Assembly: GCA_965649295.1 (NCBI GenBank) | Contig: CBFGKH010000008.1 | Location: 77,000 to 140,999 of the forward strand | Origin: a candidate division WOR-3 bacterium | GTDB taxonomy: Bacteria > Hydrothermota > Tepidihabitantia > Tepidihabitantales > Tepidihabitantaceae | Reading direction: 5' to 3' | Length of the DNA: 64,000 bases | In this document: positions 29,713-37,188 of the stretch, one piece after another | Position numbering within the stretch: position 1 is the first letter of the stretch | Layout of the letters: each line of letters opens with the position of its first letter | Translations under genes and position numbers: made by a program | Notes under the pieces: generated by a model | What the model saw: only the letters and a program-made list of their open reading frames with translations | Database searches by the model: none | What the model was told of the DNA's origin: nothing

Positions 29713-29766
29713 GTAAGTGTCACACTTACGCATCTTGTGGGAAGGTATGCGACCAATAATGTCGCA
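29713..29766. promoter_or_regulatory. Palindromic sites upstream of sigma54 promoter (putative enhancer)
   Basis: TGCGAC-N7-GTCGCA 29748-29766 (about -96) and GTAAGTGT-C-ACACTTAC 29713-29729 (about -60). Confidence 0.55.
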
Positions 29767-29815
29767 CTAGCTTAGAAAGTGCCGTATTCTTCTGCTTTAG
29801 AACAGCAGAAAACGG

Positions 29816-31411
29816 CTATAGATTGTATTCGTCGAGCTTGCGCCGCAGGGTGTCGCGGTGGATTCCGAGTAGTTCTGCGGCCTTGGTCTGGTTGTTACCA
29901 GTCTTGGCCAGGGCTTCCTTGATCGCCAGTCGTTCTAGCTGCTGTAGATTGAGGGTGCCGGTGATCTTTTCAATTGAGACGGACTGTCCGGTCGGAGCAC
30001 TGGCGCTGGGCGGGTGGAGGAGGCTGGCCATGGCCAGGGTTGACATTATGTGACCGAGGCCGAGCTGTTTGCTACCGTCGTATTGGGCGCGTTCGTAGGC
30101 CCGTTCGATTACGTTGCACAGTGTCCGGATGTTGCTGACGAAGATCTGGTTGCCGCCATCGATGTGTTCCTGAACGAGCTGGGTCAGGAACTTGACTGCA
30201 GCCGGTTCGGCGGTGAGTTTATTCGGATGGCGCGGACTGGCGTTCATTTGATTGATGATGTACTCAAAGTAGTCGCCGATGTCGGCAGCCACGACCTGCG
30301 GCGACTCAGACTGCCAGCGTTCGCGCAGGGACGGAACAATTATGCAGTGCTGGACAAGACGGGCGTAGAAGTCGGGCCGGAAGCGAACTTGAAGTTCGGC
30401 AATAGTGCGGTTGGTAGCGGCGATAATCCGCATGTCCACCACGGTCTCAGTGGATGAACCGAGTCGTTTGATGCGGTGGTGTTCAATCGCCCGGAGGAGT
30501 TTGACCTGAACTTCTTGGTCAACATCACCGATTTCGTCGAGGAGAACAGTCGAGCCCTGGGCGGCCTCGAAGATACCCGCTCGCTCGCCGGTAGCGCCGG
30601 TGAAGGCGCCTCTTTCATGGCCGAACAGTTCGTCCTCGATAAGGCTACGTTCGAGCGAGGCCATGTTGACGGTGCAGGGATACTCACGGAGCCGGTCCTG
30701 GGCACGATAGCGACTACTACAGCGGTGCAGGGCGTTGGCCACCAGTTCCTTGCCAGAGCCAGTCGGACCAAGCAGGATGACTGCCGCATCGGAGGGGCCG
30801 ATTCGTTCAATCTCGTAGGCGAGGAGCGCCATTTTGCGGGCCCGGCCGATGACCATGTGATGGTCATCCAGCCAGCGCTGGCGCCGGTTTTCGTCGAGTG
30901 GCCGCAGGGCCAGGGTATCAATGCTTTCGCAGATATGGGGATAGTAGTTCTCGCCGGCTGCCCGTTCCGGCACAAAATTACAGATTCCGTATCCGGGATG
31001 GACAATGAACTCGGCGAACTCGCTAAGTGATTCGGTGCCGATGCGGCCAGAGACAAACAGTACTGGTGCTACTCGATCGATATCATCGTGGCGAAGGTGG
31101 GCATAGATAATGAATCCCTGCAATGCCTGGTTGTCGAACGGCCGCGAGCTGGGCCGCAACGAGGCTGGTCGCGCGGCGAGCTTGCGTTCGTCCTTGATGT
31201 GCGAGAAGTCAATATCCTGGACAATTAGCGACACAAAACGACCGGTGTTGTGGCGATACCAATCGCGAAGCGCGGCGAGACAGTCGATGTGTTCGAAGTC
31301 GAACTCGGCCGCCAGCCGGCCGCCAGCATAGCTACGGGCATGGCTGACTAGGGTGTCGAAGCTGGTTTTCAGGTCATCGATGACGAGGATAACGGGTTTA
31401 GGGTCGGGCAT
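29816..31411 (-). CDS. sigma54-dependent enhancer-binding protein with atypical receiver domain and Fis HTH
   Basis: GPTGSGKE, ELFGHERGAFTGA, LLDEIGD, RIIAATN, GNNQTKAAELLGIHRDTLRRKL; N-terminal VILVIDD...QDID. Confidence 0.92.
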   Translation of the reverse strand: MPDPKPVILVIDDLKTSFDTLVSHARSYAGGRLAAEFDFEHIDCLAALRDWYRHNTGRFVSLIVQDIDFSHIKDERKLAARPASLRPSSRPFDNQALQGFIIYAHLRHDDIDRVAPVLFVSGRIGTESLSEFAEFIVHPGYGICNFVPERAAGENYYPHICESIDTLALRPLDENRRQRWLDDHHMVIGRARKMALLAYEIERIGPSDAAVILLGPTGSGKELVANALHRCSSRYRAQDRLREYPCTVNMASLERSLIEDELFGHERGAFTGATGERAGIFEAAQGSTVLLDEIGDVDQEVQVKLLRAIEHHRIKRLGSSTETVVDMRIIAATNRTIAELQVRFRPDFYARLVQHCIIVPSLRERWQSESPQVVAADIGDYFEYIINQMNASPRHPNKLTAEPAAVKFLTQLVQEHIDGGNQIFVSNIRTLCNVIERAYERAQYDGSKQLGLGHIMSTLAMASLLHPPSASAPTGQSVSIEKITGTLNLQQLERLAIKEALAKTGNNQTKAAELLGIHRDTLRRKLDEYNL

Positions 31412-31413
31412 CG

Positions 31414-33627
31414 CTATTGTGATTGTAGGCTTTGGGGTTGGGTTTGCAAGCGGTTATGGGCCTCCTGCAACACCGAGATGAGGTCGGTGATGCGGAGCCA
31501 GAGTTTTTCTTCGGGGTGGGCTGGTTGCCAGTCTGGGCCGGGCGCGTCGAGGGCGGGGCGCAAGTTGGTAACGAGCTCGGTGAGCTCACTGACGAGGTGT
31601 CCCTGGCGCTGACCGAGATCAATCCTCTCGGTCGAGTCGGAGTAAAGGGTGATGAGGAGCTTGCGGTTCCACTGGGTGCTGACGATGTAATCGAGGACGA
31701 TTGCGCCCTTGTTGTGGGCGTAGCTGAAGTGGTCGATCAGCAGGTGCTCAAACACGCTGCGCAGCCGTGGGCTGGAGAACCAGCGCAATTGGCCGTAGAT
31801 GTCGGGGTACTCCCGGTTGCGAACGCAGAGAATCCTGAAACCGGGCTGGGCCAGTTCTTGGTCTAGCTGTTCACGGCTGATGGTTGCAACGCTAGTTTCG
31901 GGCCGGATATGTAGCGCGGTCTTGGTAATGAAATCAAGAGCCAGGTCGGTCGGGGTCCTTTCGATGAGCCGGGTGACAGCAGCAGAGTAGTGTGGTTCGA
32001 TGCGGGTTCGAATCTGCCCCAGGTCATAATCGTCCTTCAGTCCAGCGCGGTCGCGTATATCGATAAGCCGATCCAGCGCGGCCGGCCAGTTGCCCTTGGA
32101 GATGAAGTTGTGTTCGAGAGCGACAAAATCGACTGCCAAGCCGGTGCGAACCGATAGTGGCAGACTTTCGATGAGCTGACGGGTTGTCTTTCGTCGTCGT
32201 AGCAGGATAAGCGCTAGACTGATAACGAGACCTAGACCTAGGGCGGAGATTAGCAAGGTGGGCAACAGGCGCCGGACTGAGAAAGGAGTTCGTCGCAGCC
32301 GGGGTGTTGGAAGCTGACGGTTGGGGTCGAGGCTGGCATTGAGCAGTTCGAGCCGACGCAGGGCCCGTTGGAGACCGGTTTCGTCGCCGGCCAGGGCAGC
32401 GGCATTTGCCCTCGCTTCGGCCTCGACAATGGCCTGCCGCAGGTGATGGAGGTTGTTCTTGAACAGGTCAATCCGATAGGGTGAGTCGGCCGCGGTGCGA
32501 ACGACTACCAGATCGGGAAAGGTGTCAGCGCCAAGTTGGGCAGTGAGCAGGTGCCGGAAGGTGACGCCGTTGTAGCCGGGCGAGTAGTCAACCGCATCGG
32601 CTAGGTTGGCGGGTAGTAGGTGGAATGTTTCCGGCCCAGACGGCTTTCGCCAGATTACGAGTAACCGACCAGCAACGGGCGCAAGCAGGACTGGTCGGCC
32701 CAAAGTGGGAGCGAACAGATGTTTCGCACACTGCCGTCCGGAATCGTCGAACGCGGCGATGAATCCCTGGTTATCAGGAGCGAGAGTACCAGCAACATAG
32801 CAGGCGCCGGTTGTGGCCAGCACAGCCAGGCCGCTCGCCGGGCTTCCGTCAATCACCAGCGGGGCAGACCAGCGAACCTGGGCGGTGGTGCCGCCAAGAC
32901 AGGTGAGGATCGAGGACGAACTGCCGTCGGTCGTCGGGCCGGCCAAGCCGACGATTTCGGGCTCGCCGTCCTGATCAATGTCAGCGCAGGAGAACTTGCT
33001 GATGGCCGGTACACGAATGACCAGCTCGCGGCGGCCGCCGAGGTCAGCTACCAGCAGTCCATCTGGACCAGCGGCGACAAACTCGGGGATTCCGTCGCCG
33101 TCGAGCTCACAGAGCAGCGATTGGTTTGAGGCGTGGCCGGGTCGCAGCCGGTTGCTGGTAGCGGTGTTTTGGGTCAGGGCAATCAGCCAGGCGGTGTCGC
33201 CAGCCCAGGCGCAGCAGTGCAGTGTCTCACCGCGGCCCGGCGAGACGAAGGTGAGGCTGTCAACATTAGTGGGCAGGATTTTCGCCGATTGCCAGCGCCA
33301 CTGACCGAAGATGTTGGTGCTGACTATTGTGCCCTGGGTGGCAAAGTAGAGAGAAGAATCGACCCCAGCCAGTGCAGTAGCGCCGGCCGGAGCTTGGCCG
33401 ACAATCCGCAGGGTGTCGGCCAGCGAGACGGTGGCAAGCCGACCGTCGGCGAGCAGCAGATAGACGACGTCACCGCCAGGTTGGTGAAGGACCGTCACTG
33501 CTCGGGGTCGAGCCGCGAGCTTGAAGGATTGCAGCGGCGACAGGAGGCCGGCCTCGGCGGGCAGCACCAACGCCAAGAGGGTCAGCAACGGAAGCAGGCG
33601 ATGATGGGGCGTGGGTGCCAGGACCAC
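31414..33627 (-). CDS. Membrane sensor-like protein: FG-GAP/beta-propeller ectodomain, TM, degenerate histidine-kinase-like cytoplasmic region
   Basis: Signal peptide; LDGDGIPE, DIDQDGEPEIV, DTFPDLVV repeats; TM followed by RRRK; stop lies 2 nt before the activator start. Confidence 0.7.
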   Translation of the reverse strand: MVLAPTPHHRLLPLLTLLALVLPAEAGLLSPLQSFKLAARPRAVTVLHQPGGDVVYLLLADGRLATVSLADTLRIVGQAPAGATALAGVDSSLYFATQGTIVSTNIFGQWRWQSAKILPTNVDSLTFVSPGRGETLHCCAWAGDTAWLIALTQNTATSNRLRPGHASNQSLLCELDGDGIPEFVAAGPDGLLVADLGGRRELVIRVPAISKFSCADIDQDGEPEIVGLAGPTTDGSSSSILTCLGGTTAQVRWSAPLVIDGSPASGLAVLATTGACYVAGTLAPDNQGFIAAFDDSGRQCAKHLFAPTLGRPVLLAPVAGRLLVIWRKPSGPETFHLLPANLADAVDYSPGYNGVTFRHLLTAQLGADTFPDLVVVRTAADSPYRIDLFKNNLHHLRQAIVEAEARANAAALAGDETGLQRALRRLELLNASLDPNRQLPTPRLRRTPFSVRRLLPTLLISALGLGLVISLALILLRRRKTTRQLIESLPLSVRTGLAVDFVALEHNFISKGNWPAALDRLIDIRDRAGLKDDYDLGQIRTRIEPHYSAAVTRLIERTPTDLALDFITKTALHIRPETSVATISREQLDQELAQPGFRILCVRNREYPDIYGQLRWFSSPRLRSVFEHLLIDHFSYAHNKGAIVLDYIVSTQWNRKLLITLYSDSTERIDLGQRQGHLVSELTELVTNLRPALDAPGPDWQPAHPEEKLWLRITDLISVLQEAHNRLQTQPQSLQSQ

Positions 33628-33678
33628 CGCCTAACTGTAGCCCGGTGGTGAGAACTGTCAACCGGGCCGAGTCGCCAA

Positions 33679-34836
33679 CTAGCGGTTGGCGGCGCCGTCC
33701 TGAACTGCGGCGACGACAGTAGCAAACTCCTTTTCTGACATCAATGGCTCCATTGGCAGCGAGACAACTTCGGCAGCAGCTTGCTCGGTCTCAAGTAGCG
33801 GGCCAGCAACTCGGGCGCGGCTGGCAAAAGCCTTCATCTTGTGGAGCGGCAGACCGTAACGTACCGCGCAGGCGACGTTGCGGTCGCAAAGATACTGAAT
33901 GAGCCGGTCGCGGTTGGTGCTGCGCAGGGTGTAGCCGTTATAGACATGCTCGCCGTTTTGGGGGAATGGCGGCGGGGTGATGCCGGGGATGCGACCAAAG
34001 GTACGGGTGTATTGGATCGCAATCTGCCGGCGCAGACCGTTGAATGCCTCAATGTGGTTGAGCTTGGCGAGGAGGACAGCGGCCTGCAGCGTGTCCAGCC
34101 GGCTGTTGTAGCCGAGGAGGTCGGCCGACTCGGTACCATTGGTGCCGTGCCGGCGCAGACTGTCAATGATGCGAACCAGCTCGGGGTCATCGGTTGTCAC
34201 CATTCCGCCCTCGCCGAAGCCACTCAGGTTGCTCTCCGGGCCGAAACTGAAAGCGGCCGCGTCGCCAAACGAACCGCAACGTCGGCTGCCGCAGCGGGCG
34301 CCAAACGCCTGAGCGGTATCCTCGACAACAAAGAGCTGGTGATCGCGGGCGATGGCAATGATTTCGTCAAGGCAGCAGGCCTGACCATAGAGATGAACCG
34401 GCACGATTCCCACGGTTCGGCTGGTGATGGCGGCGTGGATTTGGGCGGGCGCGATGTTGAACGAAGTGCGGTCGATATCAACGAACACCGGCGTTGCGCC
34501 TGCTCGGACGATCGCATCAGCCGTTGCCGGGTGACTGAAGGCGGTGGTGATTATCTCATCTTCGAAACGGAAGTACTCCCGGCCGGTCCGCTGCTGCGCA
34601 AGCGCTCGCAGCGCCAGTAGTAACGCATCGGTGCCCGAGGCACACCCGACAGCGTGTTTCGTACCGACATACTCGGCGACGCGAGTCTCAAGCTCCCGAA
34701 CCTCGGGGCCATTGACCCAGCCCTGATGATTCAGGGCACGACTGATGGCGGTGTCAATGTCGTCACGAAGAAAGTCATATTGACGCTTGGGGTCGAAGAG
34801 CGGAACCCGAAAGCGCGGTTTGTTTGAGCCGGTCAT
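33679..34836 (-). CDS. DegT/DnrJ/EryC1/StrS aminotransferase homologue lacking the PLP lysine
   Basis: ASGTDAL, PVHLYGQ, EDTAQA, NSRLDTLQAA; SFGPESNLSG where the family has SF.P.K.LG. Confidence 0.88.
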   Translation of the reverse strand: MTGSNKPRFRVPLFDPKRQYDFLRDDIDTAISRALNHQGWVNGPEVRELETRVAEYVGTKHAVGCASGTDALLLALRALAQQRTGREYFRFEDEIITTAFSHPATADAIVRAGATPVFVDIDRTSFNIAPAQIHAAITSRTVGIVPVHLYGQACCLDEIIAIARDHQLFVVEDTAQAFGARCGSRRCGSFGDAAAFSFGPESNLSGFGEGGMVTTDDPELVRIIDSLRRHGTNGTESADLLGYNSRLDTLQAAVLLAKLNHIEAFNGLRRQIAIQYTRTFGRIPGITPPPFPQNGEHVYNGYTLRSTNRDRLIQYLCDRNVACAVRYGLPLHKMKAFASRARVAGPLLETEQAAAEVVSLPMEPLMSEKEFATVVAAVQDGAANR

Positions 34837-34884
34837 TCATCCCTCCCACAGTCTTAGAACTCAGAGCATCATAATCTTGTTTCT

Positions 34885-36423
34885 TTACACCGTTCGCTGC
34901 TGGTCACAAGGCCGCGGCCGGTCTTCAACCAGTTCGTATTCACCGCCACAGCCGGGGCAGCGGGTTCTAGCAGCAACAAAAGCAAGGCTAACACCGCAGG
35001 CGCAGGCCCAGCCCTGAAAACGGGCTGGTGTGCCGGCGACTACGGCATAGTCAGGAACATCAGTAGTGACAACCGCGCCGTCACCAACGCGGCAATACTG
35101 ACCGAGTGTACAACCGGCGGCAATGGTCGCTCGGTGGCCAATGACCGCACCGCGCCGAATACGGGTGGTTACTACCGACCGTGAATCGCCCACGGCTGCG
35201 CCGTTGCCACAGCTAACGTTGTCGCCGATTTCAACTCCCGCGCCGATGATGGCGCCGGTGCCAATCCGGCAACCCGCACCAATCCGGGCATCACTGGCTA
35301 CCAGCGCGCCGGCAGCTACCACCGTGTCAGGGCCGAGCCGCGGGTTAGCGCTAATGACGTTGGCAACTGGAACTAGCTGCGGCGGCGGGTTCTTGGCAAC
35401 GGTTGTCGGTGACGCCATTGCCTGAGACACAGTTAGTGGCCAGGGTTCGGCGCTGGTCGCGCCGGCGGGTTCCTCGTCCGGGACTAGGTCGGGATGGGCC
35501 TCGCCGATGGAGACAAGCTGACCTTGGGCCAGCAGCGATTCCTCGGCAGCAGCCAGTACCCGTAGGAGCTTCAGGTATTCGTGACCGTCGGTTCGCGAGG
35601 GCAGACGGTTGGTGCAGCAGTCGAGGAAATGCTCGCATTCGACCAGCAGCGGGTCGCGGTTGAGATAGGGAACGAGTTCCTCAGCGGCGCTGGCGACACC
35701 GGTCGGCTTGGGCCCAGGAGCGGGGCGGACGAGCTTGATGCCAGGCAGAGCGTCGTCAAGAACAGCCAGTCCGCGCGAGCCGATAACGACGAGCTGGGCA
35801 GCGGCCAGCGGATGAAGCCAGGATACAAAAGTATGGGCGATGATGCCGCCCGAAAATGTAATCGCTGTCAGGGTGACATCGGAAGCGGCGAAACCGAGAA
35901 ACGGCGAGCCGTGCGCGGCCACCCGTACCGGCTGGTCTTCGAGCAGACCGAGAATGACGGCCAGGTCATCGGGAGCAAAGCTGGTCCTCAGCTCTTCGTC
36001 CGGCCGTAGCTGGCCAGGGCAGAAGCGATGGACGTAGATATGCTCGATGCGGCCGAGCACGCCCAGGCCAACTAGTTCCTGAAGCTTGAGTACTGCCGGG
36101 TGATAGCGCCGAGCACAGCCGACCTGCAGAATCCGCGATTGGCTGTCAGCCAAGGCAACCAGTTCCTCGGCAGCGGCAATGTCGGCGGCCAACGGTGGCT
36201 CAACAAAGACATCTCTGCCGGCGGTAAGCGCTGCGCGGCAGATCTCGAGTTGTGCCGCAGGCTCTGTCGCTACGACTAGGCCGTCAATGGTCGGGTCGGC
36301 AAGGAGTTGGGTTGGTTCTGGTCTTTCGGTGCCAAGGCGCAGGGCACCAAGGCGGGCGAACTCCCGCGCCAAGGCTGCGGCGCGACCGCGACTGCCGACA
36401 ACAGCGAGACGCCGCCGGGTCAT
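34885..36423 (-). CDS. Gfo/Idh/MocA oxidoreductase + hexapeptide acyltransferase fusion homologue (WbpB/WbpD-like), degenerate
   Basis: VFVEPPLA, SFAPDDL, FVSWLHP, ECEHFLDC; left-handed beta-helix repeats, VTTDVPDYAVVAGTPAR, CACG...CPGCG tail. Confidence 0.82.
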   Translation of the reverse strand: MTRRRLAVVGSRGRAAALAREFARLGALRLGTERPEPTQLLADPTIDGLVVATEPAAQLEICRAALTAGRDVFVEPPLAADIAAAEELVALADSQSRILQVGCARRYHPAVLKLQELVGLGVLGRIEHIYVHRFCPGQLRPDEELRTSFAPDDLAVILGLLEDQPVRVAAHGSPFLGFAASDVTLTAITFSGGIIAHTFVSWLHPLAAAQLVVIGSRGLAVLDDALPGIKLVRPAPGPKPTGVASAAEELVPYLNRDPLLVECEHFLDCCTNRLPSRTDGHEYLKLLRVLAAAEESLLAQGQLVSIGEAHPDLVPDEEPAGATSAEPWPLTVSQAMASPTTVAKNPPPQLVPVANVISANPRLGPDTVVAAGALVASDARIGAGCRIGTGAIIGAGVEIGDNVSCGNGAAVGDSRSVVTTRIRRGAVIGHRATIAAGCTLGQYCRVGDGAVVTTDVPDYAVVAGTPARFQGWACACGVSLAFVAARTRCPGCGGEYELVEDRPRPCDQQRTV

Positions 36424-36608
36424 GGGTTGGTCAGGTCTTGTCGGCTGCCCGACAATTGGCCCTTGCTTTTTCGGAAGTCAGCAGTCAGTTTCACCCTCCC
36501 GGCCAGAATGGCCATCAGGACCGCAGTGCGGTCAGTTCACGGGCGCGTCACATTGTCGCCGGGTTTCTGCTGCTAGTGGTTCGCCGGTGCCCAAATCGGG
36601 CACGGAAG

Positions 36609-36637
36609 ATTATAGCCAAAACGATAGGATTGGTCAA
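36609..36637 (-). promoter_or_regulatory. sigma70-like promoter
   Basis: TTGACC-17 bp-TATAAT, about 185 nt upstream of the 36423 start. Confidence 0.65.
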
Positions 36638-37164
36638 TTGCCGGCAGGCGGCGATGGCCCAAACTGGTCGGTGATTGGTTTGAGAAGCAAGATCACTAGG
36701 ACTGAAGCCGGAGCCAGGGCAATGAGTAATCCTAGGATGAGGCTGAGAAGACCCGCGCGGTCAGGCTCGAGCAGGCTGAGAACTGGCAGTAGCAGTGTTG
36801 AGCCCCAGACGACAGCGACGACCGCGGCCAAAAGATGAAGCAGGGTTACGAGATACCAGCCCCAGCGGCGCCGGCGGAGCAAGCCGACTGAACCGGCGAG
36901 CAGCAGCCCATTGGCCACGACGGCGATGCGGTTGAGCAGGGTCAACTGGCCAAGCAGCCGGTCCAGGGCCAGACTGCTCGTGCTGCCCAACAGCGAGCCG
37001 AGTCCACCGAGCACGGAGTCGGCCGAGAAACTGGCGTACAGGCCGAGTGCTAGCAGGCCAAAGAGCAGTCCTAGTCCGGACTGGATAATCAGCAGCCAGG
37101 CGCCGATTGTCAGTAGAACGCGCCAGCGCCGGAGATTCCGATTCTCTCCGGCGCTGGCAGCCAA
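36634..37164 (-). CDS. Small polytopic membrane protein
   Basis: About four Leu-rich TM segments. Confidence 0.65.
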   Translation of the reverse strand: MAASAGENRNLRRWRVLLTIGAWLLIIQSGLGLLFGLLALGLYASFSADSVLGGLGSLLGSTSSLALDRLLGQLTLLNRIAVVANGLLLAGSVGLLRRRRWGWYLVTLLHLLAAVVAVVWGSTLLLPVLSLLEPDRAGLLSLILGLLIALAPASVLVILLLKPITDQFGPSPPAGN

Positions 37165-37188
37165 GGTGTCGCGGCTAGTTGGTCGTTC

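Noticed and set aside
29454..29756. 100-aa ORF across the RNA locus
   Set aside because: Spans enhancer, promoter and hairpin; no RBS and no recognisable protein features.
29769..29784. CGGCACTTTCTAAGCT on minus strand as a sigma54 promoter
   Set aside because: Spacing fits but the -12 element lacks TTGC and it lies upstream of the enhancer palindrome; the 29672-29687 site is much better.
32000..32025. GGTTCGAATC tRNA T-arm-like motif
   Set aside because: Inside a CDS and no cloverleaf could be built.
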